This document shows positions 1 to 9,264 of a DNA stretch of 64,000 nucleotides, in pieces. The position numbers and the translations under genes are program-made. The notes under the pieces were generated by a model. The model saw only the letters and a program-made list of their open reading frames with translations. It did no database searches and was not told the DNA's origin. The stretch is from Candidatus Micrarchaeota archaeon (GTDB taxonomy: Archaea > Micrarchaeota > Micrarchaeia > Micrarchaeales > CABMGC01), in NCBI GenBank assembly GCA_021850625.1, contig JAJZLJ010000023.1, positions 10,219-74,218 of the forward strand. Direction: 5' to 3'. Numbering within the stretch: the stretch's first letter is position 1; every line of letters begins with the position of its first letter.

Positions 1-4
1 TACA

Positions 5-1093
5 ATGAATGAAAAAGAGGTTCCAATATCTATAAATCTGGAGCTTAAAACAGAGGACTTAGATTCTAAATATATGTGGTGGCTTTTGAATAACAAACTG
101 GTTGAATTAAAAGAGCAGAAATTTATAGTATGTGGAAAATGCGGGGAAAAAAGGACGTCAACAAGCGATGTGATTTTTTGTAATAACTGCGGGGCAAGGT
201 TGAATCAAACAAAAGCTATAACGATAAATAGTATAAATAAGATTAATTACGAAAAACTTTTAAGTTTAGTTGAAGAATTCTTAGTGAAGAATTTAAAAAC
301 AGAAGTATCATTCGTCAAGCGAAATATGGTTGTTTCGATATCGCATAACGGTAAAGAAATTTTAACTATATTCCCAGAAATTTCAAGCATTGAATTTCTT
401 GTAAGGAAAGACGCAGACCATTGTATAGTAGTATATCTAGATCCTAGAACTAAATATGGTAGTTCCCTATTTAAAAATAGGGCATTTTATGTTGGAAAGT
501 TTATTAGCCTAGAACAGGATAAGCTGGTAGAGTTGTTAAATGCACTTACAGAAAACAACATAAATGAATACGCAAAGGCAGAACGAGAGTTCAATCTTTT
601 TATCCAAAAAATTAGCACTATGAGTAATCAAGATAGAGGAGCAAAATTTGAACTCTTTGTTAAAGATATGCTTGACAGTCTAAAATCTATATTACCAAGT
701 AAACTAGAACACTTAAGGGTCATGCATCCTGATGATTTATACAATTCAAAAATCGTAAACATTGGAGGAGCTGGATATGAGGATTTTAGAGTAATAAACT
801 TATACGAATATCTTAGCGGTATAAAACCTGAAAAATCAGGTGAAGCAAAATGCTATAGTTCTGCGACATTTACTAAGGAGGATTTTGGGGAGGCGTTGAG
901 ACATGCTTTAGAAGATGATATATTAATTGTTGCAGCCACAGATAAGATTGCACCAAGCGTTTGGAATAATGTTATTAATATGAAAAGGCAAAAGGGGTAC
1001 TACAAATATGTAATAATTGATAGGGAATTGTTAATGATTCTGCTCGGCTTCCTTATCGAGAAAAATTCAGAGTTCTTACATTCATATTATTAG
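5..1093 (+). CDS. Zn-ribbon protein with C-terminal PD-(D/E)xK (Mrr-like) endonuclease-type domain; putative nuclease partner of the adjacent R-M gene
   Basis: Double CxxC zinc ribbon (CGKCGEK...FCNNCGARL) near the N-terminus. C-terminal FELFVKDML...GYEDFRV...GEAKCY pattern resembles an Mrr-type nuclease core. Same strand, 51 bp upstream of the type IIG gene. Family call by eye only. Confidence 0.5.
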   Translation: MNEKEVPISINLELKTEDLDSKYMWWLLNNKLVELKEQKFIVCGKCGEKRTSTSDVIFCNNCGARLNQTKAITINSINKINYEKLLSLVEEFLVKNLKTEVSFVKRNMVVSISHNGKEILTIFPEISSIEFLVRKDADHCIVVYLDPRTKYGSSLFKNRAFYVGKFISLEQDKLVELLNALTENNINEYAKAEREFNLFIQKISTMSNQDRGAKFELFVKDMLDSLKSILPSKLEHLRVMHPDDLYNSKIVNIGGAGYEDFRVINLYEYLSGIKPEKSGEAKCYSSATFTKEDFGEALRHALEDDILIVAATDKIAPSVWNNVINMKRQKGYYKYVIIDRELLMILLGFLIEKNSEFLHSYY

Positions 1094-1144
1094 AAAGGGA
1101 AAGCAATTTAAGTTTGAAAGAAGATACATTGGTAGGTAATTATA

Positions 1145-4100
1145 GTGGTTTCTAAATTAGAAATAAGTTTTACAGACAAAGTCTTACTTGCTTTTAAAAA
1201 AATAAATAGCGAGATAACTATAGATTCGCTTGAACATGACTTTAGCCCTAGACTGGCCAAATATCTAATAGAGGGGGTTTTAGGATACAGCGGCTCAGAT
1301 TATACCTTTGAGCGTGGTAGGACTGACATAACTTTATTTGATGAGAATAAGAACAGAGTCGTGGTAATAGAAACGAAGAGACCAAAAGAGAATTTGGACG
1401 CCGAGGAGTGGCGCAAACAAGCTGGAAAGTACGCAGATTCAACAACACATTTTATTGGACTCACTAATGGTTATAGGTTTATCTTGTGGGAAATCAAAGC
1501 CGATGAGAAAACTTTAAAATCCGACATAGATTTTAGAGGTCTAATAAATTCAAAGAAAACTACTGAAACCAAGCTTTCTACAAAGGAGGTCGAACAAATT
1601 CTTTTCTTGAACAACATAACAAAAGAGCAAATATGGAGTGAGTCAAAATACGCTATTTTTGATCCGTATTACGCTAAAATAGACGTAGCAGAAGATGATG
1701 GATTCGATAAGCTTATTGCACAACTTAATTACATTTCAGATGACATATTACGCCAATATACTTATTCTGCGTTTGATGATTATTATGCTAATTATGCTGA
1801 ATACAAACAATCAAAAAATGAGATAGAAGAGATTAAAAAACACAATGGGGATGATAGAAAGCAAGCTTCCAAAGTAGCCACATATGAAATGAAGATAGAG
1901 GGTAAATATAAAAAGTACTCAACATTCTTAGGTTATTATATATGGAAGGCACTTTCAAACAGGCCAGATGATAAAGAAGAAGAAAATAAACAAGTTTTCT
2001 GCAAGGAATCAATCTATGTACTTATTAACAGACTTCTTTTCATAAGAATATGTGAGGATAAAGGACTTATTGGTAAGAGGATAATATCAAATGGAGGAGT
2101 GGAAAAACTGCGTGATTTACTTCACGATGAGGCCTTTCCAGACCCAGACCTCGGCGTATTTAAGCAAATAGTTTTTAACTTTTCATATGATAGAGGAAAT
2201 CACTTATACAATCATTTCTACGAAAAGAACAATCCATTAGATTGGTATGAGAGCGGAGATGGGGAACTTGATAGAGTTCTGAACCGTGTTTTGTGGATTC
2301 TTAATCAATTTAACTTTTCCAAAGTCGATAGGGACATATTAGGTAAAATTTATGAAAAATATCTTCCAAAGGAGGAAAGAAAAAGACTTGGAGAATTTTA
2401 TACGCCTGATGAAATTATTGACTATATATTAGATACCGTTGAATACTTGCCAAATAAAGCAATTGAAGGTAACGATTTGATAGATCCGGCATGTGGGTCT
2501 GGCGGGTTTCTGGTACGGTCATCAAGGAGACTCATAGCTAGATATGCTGTAAAATTTGATAAAGCCACACCTAAAGAAGCACTTGACAATAAAAAATGGA
2601 AAGATGTTCTCGAACGACTTACGCCAAAAGAATGCGAGGAGATAGTAAATGCCGTTGCGCTTCATATACACGGGTTTGATATAAATCCGTTTGCAGTTAA
2701 TATTACTGAAATGAACCTACTTTTCCAAGTAGTAGATCTTTATTTCAAAGCAAATAAGGCAAACAGAACCTTTATTGTGCCTAGATTTCAGATATATGGT
2801 ACGGATTCACTTGAAGTTCCAAACGAACAAGCTAGGATAACTCAATTCTATGATGGCTCCGGAAAGAATATGGCTAAAGATTTGGTTACCATAGAAGAGC
2901 TGAAAAAGAAAAAATATGATTTTGTGGTGGGAAATCCACCATATGTCAAGGTCCAAAATCTTGTATCAATACAAAAGGACTTGCTGGAAAAATCATTCAA
3001 AACTGCAAAAGGCTTGTATGATTTATACACACTGTTTGTTGAATTAGGCATAAACATGCTTAGCAATACGGGAAAGTTTGGATATATAATATCTGACAAA
3101 TTCATACAACGAGGATATGGAGAACCGTTAAAGGAGATCATAGCAAAAGAAACCTCTATAAAAGAAATCATTGATTTTGGCGACACTCCTGTTTTTGAAG
3201 ATGTTACAAATTATCCACTAATCTTAGTGCTTTCTAAACCTAATGACGCTACTACAGAAGCAAAAATAATCAAAATTAAGCAGGCCAAATCTGATATGCT
3301 TAAAGAAATATCAAATATAGACAAAGTAACGGAAAACCAATACATAACAGCAAAATTTATCAAACACGAAGAATTTGTAAAGGACTGGTCTTTTTCTAAT
3401 GAAAGATTAAGGAAAATACTGAATGGTTTAGATGGACTGAAAAAACTTAGTGAACTATGCGAATCCATTCAGGTAGGAATTCAGACCGGAAACGATGAGT
3501 TATTGATATTCAACCAAGAATTTGTTAAAAATGAAATAGACTCTAAATTCCTAAAACCTTATTTAAAAGGCAGAGATGTAAAAAGGTATTCAACACCCGA
3601 ACCTAAAAATTTGGTTTTGTATCCATATATTTTAGATGGCGAAAAGCAAAGACTTATTACAGAATCAGAATTAAAACTAAATCCCAAAGTATACAACTAT
3701 CTAATCGCTCATAAACCAGAACTTCAGAATAGATGGGGTGTAAAGACATACTATGATTTGCCTACTACTAGGTCTATTGAATGGTTTGAAAAAAGAAAGA
3801 TACTGACGCCAGACGTGTCAGCCCAGCCGAACTTTACTATAATTGAAGGTGGGAAATATTTCTCTAAAGGAAGTTGTTATGGTATAGTCCTAAAACAGAA
3901 TAAACTTTATGAATTCGTTTTAGGGATACTGAATTCAAAACTTACCTTTGCTATAATCAAAGAAACCAGCGCACTTTTTTCTGGAGGATACTACCGTTTT
4001 ACAACGGATTTTATGGAGCCACTACCAATTAAACTGCCAATTAATAAAAAAGAGGAAGCCATAGCAGAAAAGATAACAACATTAGTTAAGGAAATTCTAA

Positions 4101-4228
4101 AAATGAAAAAGAAAGACGCAAATTCTGATACTAACGAGCTTGAATGGCAGATAGATAATTTGGTTTATGAATTGTATGGCTTGAATACCGAAGAACGTAA
4201 GCTCATAGAGCAAGCTGTAGCTACATGA
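1145..4228 (+). CDS. Type IIG restriction-modification enzyme (N-terminal PD-ExK nuclease + N6-adenine DNA methyltransferase + TaqI/Eco57I-type C-terminal specificity region)
   Basis: GTG start. RTDITLFD...VVVIETKRP (D..ExK, HsdR-N-like). EFYTPDEI, motif I DPACGSGGFL, motif IV VVGNPPYVKV. C-terminal GGYYRFTTDFMEPLPI. Confidence 0.8.
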   Translation: MVSKLEISFTDKVLLAFKKINSEITIDSLEHDFSPRLAKYLIEGVLGYSGSDYTFERGRTDITLFDENKNRVVVIETKRPKENLDAEEWRKQAGKYADSTTHFIGLTNGYRFILWEIKADEKTLKSDIDFRGLINSKKTTETKLSTKEVEQILFLNNITKEQIWSESKYAIFDPYYAKIDVAEDDGFDKLIAQLNYISDDILRQYTYSAFDDYYANYAEYKQSKNEIEEIKKHNGDDRKQASKVATYEMKIEGKYKKYSTFLGYYIWKALSNRPDDKEEENKQVFCKESIYVLINRLLFIRICEDKGLIGKRIISNGGVEKLRDLLHDEAFPDPDLGVFKQIVFNFSYDRGNHLYNHFYEKNNPLDWYESGDGELDRVLNRVLWILNQFNFSKVDRDILGKIYEKYLPKEERKRLGEFYTPDEIIDYILDTVEYLPNKAIEGNDLIDPACGSGGFLVRSSRRLIARYAVKFDKATPKEALDNKKWKDVLERLTPKECEEIVNAVALHIHGFDINPFAVNITEMNLLFQVVDLYFKANKANRTFIVPRFQIYGTDSLEVPNEQARITQFYDGSGKNMAKDLVTIEELKKKKYDFVVGNPPYVKVQNLVSIQKDLLEKSFKTAKGLYDLYTLFVELGINMLSNTGKFGYIISDKFIQRGYGEPLKEIIAKETSIKEIIDFGDTPVFEDVTNYPLILVLSKPNDATTEAKIIKIKQAKSDMLKEISNIDKVTENQYITAKFIKHEEFVKDWSFSNERLRKILNGLDGLKKLSELCESIQVGIQTGNDELLIFNQEFVKNEIDSKFLKPYLKGRDVKRYSTPEPKNLVLYPYILDGEKQRLITESELKLNPKVYNYLIAHKPELQNRWGVKTYYDLPTTRSIEWFEKRKILTPDVSAQPNFTIIEGGKYFSKGSCYGIVLKQNKLYEFVLGILNSKLTFAIIKETSALFSGGYYRFTTDFMEPLPIKLPINKKEEAIAEKITTLVKEILKMKKKDANSDTNELEWQIDNLVYELYGLNTEERKLIEQAVAT

Positions 4229-4373
4229 TTTCGGGTTCAGATTTATTGCAAAACTGAACAGTGCCTGCTTATATGGCTTGCTTGGGAAAAGCTACTGTTC
4301 AGAAAGCTGGAATTTTTTATGTTTGTTTTGGTGTTTTGAAGGTGCTAGGATGAAACTAGAAAATGACGACAAA

Positions 4374-4433
4374 CTCGGCCAAGGACGCGGGGCTTTCAAT
4401 CCCGCAACCCGGGTTCAAATCCCGGTGGGAGCA
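4374..4433 (+). tRNA. tRNA-Glu(UUC) 3' portion only (D-loop through discriminator); 5' acceptor/D-stem strand missing locally
   Basis: The D-loop ctcggccaa is of the archaeal tRNA-Glu type. Anticodon stem cgggg/tcccg with loop c-t-TTC-a-a. T arm ccggg-ttcaaat-cccgg, then 3' acceptor strand tgggagc + A. A complementary 5' strand (g[ct]t[ct][ct][ct][ag]) is absent within about 150 nt on either side. Confidence 0.55.
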
Positions 4434-4676
4434 GTCATGCGAAGGGGTTATATATAGAAGTCCAAAAAAGTTACCTTTTTCCGATACTCTGTCATTAACC
4501 TAGTATTGCATAATAATAGACAAATAAAAATTGCCACGTTCAATGCAAATTTGAATTTTTCTAATACCATTAAAAATTTTATTTTTTTAATGTCTGATTT
4601 TCGTTGACAAACATTTATGGTATAATATCAAAAAGCTTAAAAGAGAATTAATGTATTAAGATAAGAAAACAAAACA

Positions 4677-5237
4677 TTGAATTTTGGTGGTAATATAAAA
4701 GAAAATAGGCATTTTCATGGCTTCAATTATTATCGTGAGGCTGAAGAACAATTTATAAAAGTGATTGAGGAAAACAGAGAATACTTTAAGGCAGAAGAGG
4801 CAGTGGATTTGGGAGCTGGAGGTGGAACATTTTCAAAACTGCTTAGCAAGTATGTAAGAAAGCTTTACAGCCTCGATGTTTCAGAAGATGCCATTGAGGC
4901 AATGAAAAAGAATCTTGCTGGACTGAAAAATATAGATATAATAAAGAGTGAAGAGACGAAGATGCCCTTCCGCGCTTCTAGTGTAGATCTTGTGTTTACA
5001 GCGAATTCATTCCATGACTTGCCAAAGGGCTACGAGAAGGAGATAAATCGTGTGCTCAAGCACGGGGGCAGGTTCATAGACCTTGATTGGAAAAATGTGC
5101 CAACAGAACATGGCCCTCCTATTAATATAAGGCTTTCAGAGCAAGAGGTAAAGATGAGGCTTGAACCATACAAACTGAAAGAAATCAAAAAAGTGGATAT
5201 TGGCACGCACTACATGGTAATATTTTTAAAGTCATAA
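4677..5237 (+). CDS. Class I SAM-dependent methyltransferase (Methyltransf_11-like)
   Basis: TTG start. Motif I VDLGAGGGTFS, followed by SLDVSEDAI and a LKHGGRFIDLD motif. Confidence 0.7.
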   Translation: MNFGGNIKENRHFHGFNYYREAEEQFIKVIEENREYFKAEEAVDLGAGGGTFSKLLSKYVRKLYSLDVSEDAIEAMKKNLAGLKNIDIIKSEETKMPFRASSVDLVFTANSFHDLPKGYEKEINRVLKHGGRFIDLDWKNVPTEHGPPINIRLSEQEVKMRLEPYKLKEIKKVDIGTHYMVIFLKS

Positions 5238-5366
5238 TTCGGAAGCTACTAAAGACGAAGTTATTTTTGTATTAAACTCTTAGTCCAATATTTTGTCAAT
5301 GAAATCAAATAAATCTAGAAATACCTATCACAAAACTAATATAACCTTTTACCGAGAAAATATTCT

Positions 5367-6560
5367 ATGGATGCCAACGAATCTATGATTTCACAACTAC
5401 TAGTCGAGTTTCAAGATTTTAAAAGTGATAGAAGTATTTCTAATGAGGATCTATTTTCAAAACTCGGCGATACAAAAAGCATCTTTAGATGGAGCGGGCA
5501 GTTTCCAAGTGGGCTTGCTGGAATATTTCTTGACAAGTATTCTAAAAATGGCGACATAATATTAGATCCTTTTGTAGGTAGTGGCACTGTATTATTCGAG
5601 GCAGCTAAACGATCACTAGATTGCATTGGTGTAGACATAAATCCTGCCGCTATAATTCTATCAGAGACAGCAAGATTTTGTAACATTGATTCTGAACAAA
5701 GGAAGGCATATCTAGAAAAACTATATATAATTATTAAAAAAATAACAGATTCCTTTGATAAACAAACAAAAAAAGGCGGTAAATTTACAATAAACGACTA
5801 TTCCTGTATAAAGAACAGGCTTGATTCTATAAAAGACCAAAACCTGCTTAATCTTCTTTTAAATGTTTTAATGCGCATGTCAATATCCGAAGAAAAATAT
5901 ACAATAACCGGACTGATTAAGTCTTTTCAGATACATAGCAAAATAATAGAGGAACTTCCATATAATAGCAAAAGTTACAGAGTTTTTAATTCTGATACAA
6001 GAGAGCTTCCACTGAAAAACAAGAGTATTAATTTAATTATTACTTCTCCTCCGTATCCTGGTGTTTTTGATTATTATAAAAATTATAAAAAAATAATGTA
6101 TCTGATTGGTAGGTCCATCTCTGAAACTTCTAAAAAAGAAATAGGACACGGCAGAGGAACAGGAAATAGAGTTTTAGAATTAATAAATTACGCAAAAGAT
6201 ATGAATAAAGCATTAATAGAGCTGCGCAGGGTTTTGAAAGAAGAAGGTAGGCTTATCTTAATAGTAAACCACGAATCAAAAATAAAAAATGTTAAATTTT
6301 CAAACTCTGAGTTATTATATATCATTGCAGCAGCATCTGGTCTGCAAATGATACTCAAACAAGAACGTTATTTTAAAAATAGGCGTGGAAATGAACTTCA
6401 GGAAGACATACTTCACTTTATTCCTTCAAAAAATAAATTCAAAACATCCAATCTCTATTTCATAGACGCAGTTGCATATTTCCTTGAAAAAGAAATATCT
6501 ATCTCAGATATTCAATCAAGAAAACTCCTTAAAGATGCATTAAATGCTTTCACTGAATAG
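5367..6560 (+). CDS. DNA methyltransferase (N4-C/N6-A type, SPPY catalytic motif), no adjacent endonuclease
   Basis: LDPFVGSGTVLFEAA (FxGxG, SAM binding) at about aa 67 and LIITSPPYPGVFDYY (motif IV) at about aa 226. The order is motif I then motif IV. Confidence 0.7.
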   Translation: MDANESMISQLLVEFQDFKSDRSISNEDLFSKLGDTKSIFRWSGQFPSGLAGIFLDKYSKNGDIILDPFVGSGTVLFEAAKRSLDCIGVDINPAAIILSETARFCNIDSEQRKAYLEKLYIIIKKITDSFDKQTKKGGKFTINDYSCIKNRLDSIKDQNLLNLLLNVLMRMSISEEKYTITGLIKSFQIHSKIIEELPYNSKSYRVFNSDTRELPLKNKSINLIITSPPYPGVFDYYKNYKKIMYLIGRSISETSKKEIGHGRGTGNRVLELINYAKDMNKALIELRRVLKEEGRLILIVNHESKIKNVKFSNSELLYIIAAASGLQMILKQERYFKNRRGNELQEDILHFIPSKNKFKTSNLYFIDAVAYFLEKEISISDIQSRKLLKDALNAFTE

Positions 6561-7713
6561 TTCTTAGCGAATCTCTTATAGCATATCCAAGCTCCTTAAC
6601 ATTTATTTCTTCTTCTGTACCTGCAGATATTCTTACAAAATTAAGATCCGCATTAGGCCATATTGCAGTAAAATCATACCCAAAACTTTCAATGATAACA
6701 CACGCTTCATTTACTATTGGGTTTTTTAATAAATGTTCTGCAACATCAAACTGATTCTTATTCCCTCTAGGCTTAATAAAAAATAAAGGCGCAGCTCCTC
6801 CAGGAAATTTTTTTGAAGCAAACTCAAAATTCTGATGACTTTTTAAATTCGGATATGCTATAGAAAACAACGCACCTTCCCGTTCTGCTTCTGCAGAGAT
6901 AGTTGCCAAAGTCATAGCATTTTTGAATATTTTCTGATTTCTTCGATCTAAATCAAATCTTCCTATTAATCGTTCACTTATCAAATTAGTTTGATAAAGA
7001 TCTGGAACCATACCTGTTTGTTTTCTATACTCTTTAATTTCATTAGCCACTGTAAGGTCTTTTGTATAAGCAAAACCAAAAGATCCTCTGTGTCTTGTAT
7101 AAAACTTAAGCCCACTTTCAACTCCAATGACTCTAAAACCTTCTTTTAAAATTTCCTGTGGAGAAATAAGACCTGCGGCAAGCGTATTATCAAGAATTAT
7201 AAGTGGATTTAGCTTTTTTAGGGATGGTATTTCAAAAAAACGTTCAAGATCTAAAACAGGTATATTTTGGCCATTAGCTACAGTTTCTAAGAAAATTACT
7301 TGCGGTTTGGTTTTTTCTATTAATTCCTGCAAATAGTCTATTGAATAAGACTCTGCTTCTACAGCTATAATACCTCTTTTAGTAAGGGTTTTTCCTATAT
7401 ATTTTTTATTATTTGAATACTCATTGGTTCCATGCATTATTACTGCATCCTTTGTTAAACTCGCATTTTCTATGGCAGCAACCACGGCAGACATACCAAA
7501 AGAAAAAACCATAACTCCTTCAGAATTCAAATCAAACATGTTTGCTACCTTTCTTTCTAATAGTGACAATTCTGTTGTTCCACCTCTAGGGTACTTACTT
7601 TGGGGATGTGATACATCATTACATCTAACTGCTTCTCTAAGTTCTTTTATACTATCAAAAGGCCTAACGTTTATGTACGACGGCGATTCCTTTTTATTTG
7701 CTTCCAATATCAT
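6550..7713 (-). CDS. PLP-dependent enzyme of the Cys/Met-metabolism family (cystathionine gamma-synthase/lyase-like, divergent)
   Basis: Family-like order of YPRGGTTELSLLE, SFGMSAV, ILDNTLA, ESGLKFY (Lys in the S-x-T-K-Y position), AYPNLKSHQN, ESFGYDFTAI. The 3' end overlaps the convergent methylase by 11 bp. Confidence 0.6.
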   Translation of the reverse strand: MILEANKKESPSYINVRPFDSIKELREAVRCNDVSHPQSKYPRGGTTELSLLERKVANMFDLNSEGVMVFSFGMSAVVAAIENASLTKDAVIMHGTNEYSNNKKYIGKTLTKRGIIAVEAESYSIDYLQELIEKTKPQVIFLETVANGQNIPVLDLERFFEIPSLKKLNPLIILDNTLAAGLISPQEILKEGFRVIGVESGLKFYTRHRGSFGFAYTKDLTVANEIKEYRKQTGMVPDLYQTNLISERLIGRFDLDRRNQKIFKNAMTLATISAEAEREGALFSIAYPNLKSHQNFEFASKKFPGGAAPLFFIKPRGNKNQFDVAEHLLKNPIVNEACVIIESFGYDFTAIWPNADLNFVRISAGTEEEINVKELGYAIRDSLRTIQ

Positions 7714-7830
7714 TAAATCACAACAATTCTTCTTTTTTGCCTATATTTAATATTCATTGTCATAAATATTCATATATGAATAAAAAATAGAAAGATTTAT
7801 ATTAAAATACTACAAAATCATTTTGATATA

Positions 7831-8349
7831 ATGTTTCCTGAATTAATCTCAATATCTATCAGAAGAAGAAAGTTAGGCCTTACACAAAAACAACTTTCTA
7901 CCAAAGCCGGAATAAGTCAGTCTTTGTTAACAAAAATAGAGCGCGGCTTAGTAACTCCTAATTATAAAACAGCATGTAATATCTTTGAAATATTAGATGA
8001 AAACGAGTATAAACAAGAAAAAAAACTATCTGACGTAATGCGTCGTAAAGTTATAACACTTAAAAGTTCTGAATATATAGAAAAAGCAGCAGAGATGGCC
8101 AAAAAACACTCAATATCCCAATTTCCCATATTAGAAAATGATAAAATTGTTGGAGCCATAACTACAAATTTACTGGTGGATATTAAAAAACACACACGAA
8201 TAAAAGATATTATGAAAGAGCCATTTCCAACACTTAGTGCTAACACTCCATTAACAATAGCAAGTAATTTGCTAAAGCAGTATCCTGCAATAATTGTTGT
8301 TCAAAATAGTTCTATAATAGGTATAGTAACCGCAGAAGACCTATTATAA
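7831..8349 (+). CDS. XRE-type HTH + CBS-domain transcriptional regulator
   Basis: LGLTQKQLSTKAGISQSLLTKIERG helix-turn-helix, followed by CBS-like repeats (SQFPILENDKIVGAITTNLL; AIIVVQNSSIIGIVTAEDLL). Confidence 0.7.
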   Translation: MFPELISISIRRRKLGLTQKQLSTKAGISQSLLTKIERGLVTPNYKTACNIFEILDENEYKQEKKLSDVMRRKVITLKSSEYIEKAAEMAKKHSISQFPILENDKIVGAITTNLLVDIKKHTRIKDIMKEPFPTLSANTPLTIASNLLKQYPAIIVVQNSSIIGIVTAEDLL

Positions 8350-8436
8350 TCAAAATAATAATAAGAAAAAAAATTCAAAAGTCTTATATAATACTATCTA
8401 TATAACTTATTATAACTTAGTTATAATTGATGCCTA

Positions 8437-9192
8437 ATGTCAGATTTTATAGGAACTATAATCTTTTCCTTTATAATGGGATTTTCAATATACTTGTCAA
8501 TGCCTATTTTATTAAGAAAGAAAACAAACCCCAAAACATTATTGTTGCTTAACGCAATAGCCATAGGCATACTAATTTTTTTAATATCTGATATATTTTC
8601 AGATGTTACTCCTAATCTATATTCTACTACTTCATTGTACGGATACGGTGCAAATATTATTTTAAGTATGGTTTTTGCACTGGCTTTAATTATTGGTTTC
8701 TTTATGCTTTATTTTTTTGAAAAAAGCAGAATAGGAGGAATTACTCCTACAAAAATTTCGTTGATGGTTGCCATAGGCATAGGTCTACAAAATCTAACTG
8801 AAGGTTTGGTATTTGGCTCTTTGTCTATAAACATAGGTTTGTTTTCTGGTGCGGCGTTAGTAGTGTTGTTTGGTTTTATATTACAGAATATAACTGAAGG
8901 TTTTCCTATTGCGGCGCCACTTTTAAAACAAGAAGATAAAAAACCATGGAAAATATTTATACTTCTTTTAATAGGAGGCCTTCCAACTGTCTTCGGCGGA
9001 ATTTTTGGTTATTACTACAGTTCAACAACATTTAACATTTTTTTTGATGGTCTTGCAATAGGAGCAATACTTTATGTTATACTTCCTATGATACGACATC
9101 AATTCAAAGATGCTGATCATATCAAACAAAGATTAGTTTATGTAGGGATATTTGTAGGTTTTATAATAGGATTTCTTGTAAATTTAGTATAA
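8437..9192 (+). CDS. ZIP (ZupT-like) family metal transporter, divergent
   Basis: Polytopic membrane protein with paired GLQNLTEGLVFG and ILQNITEGFPIA motifs in the positions of the ZIP HNxxEG motifs (His replaced by Gln in both). Confidence 0.6.
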   Translation: MSDFIGTIIFSFIMGFSIYLSMPILLRKKTNPKTLLLLNAIAIGILIFLISDIFSDVTPNLYSTTSLYGYGANIILSMVFALALIIGFFMLYFFEKSRIGGITPTKISLMVAIGIGLQNLTEGLVFGSLSINIGLFSGAALVVLFGFILQNITEGFPIAAPLLKQEDKKPWKIFILLLIGGLPTVFGGIFGYYYSSTTFNIFFDGLAIGAILYVILPMIRHQFKDADHIKQRLVYVGIFVGFIIGFLVNLV

Positions 9193-9264
9193 ACAACCAC
9201 TCTTACACTCTTATAAATAATATTTAATATCTTTTTATGTTGAATTTTTACCCAATAGAATTTA

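Noticed and set aside
4341-4373. Attempt to read ggtgctaggatgaaactagaaaatgacgacaaa as the 5' exon/intron of the tRNA-Glu
   Set aside because: gctagga cannot pair with the 3' acceptor strand tgggagc (3 mismatches). No gtcc D-stem strand is present, so a contiguous or simple intron-containing gene model fails.
4604-4626. Bacterial-looking promoter TTGACA ... TATAAT upstream of the 4677 methyltransferase
   Set aside because: The spacer is only 11 nt rather than about 17, and the genome is archaeal. At most the TATAAT part contributes to an archaeal TATA box.
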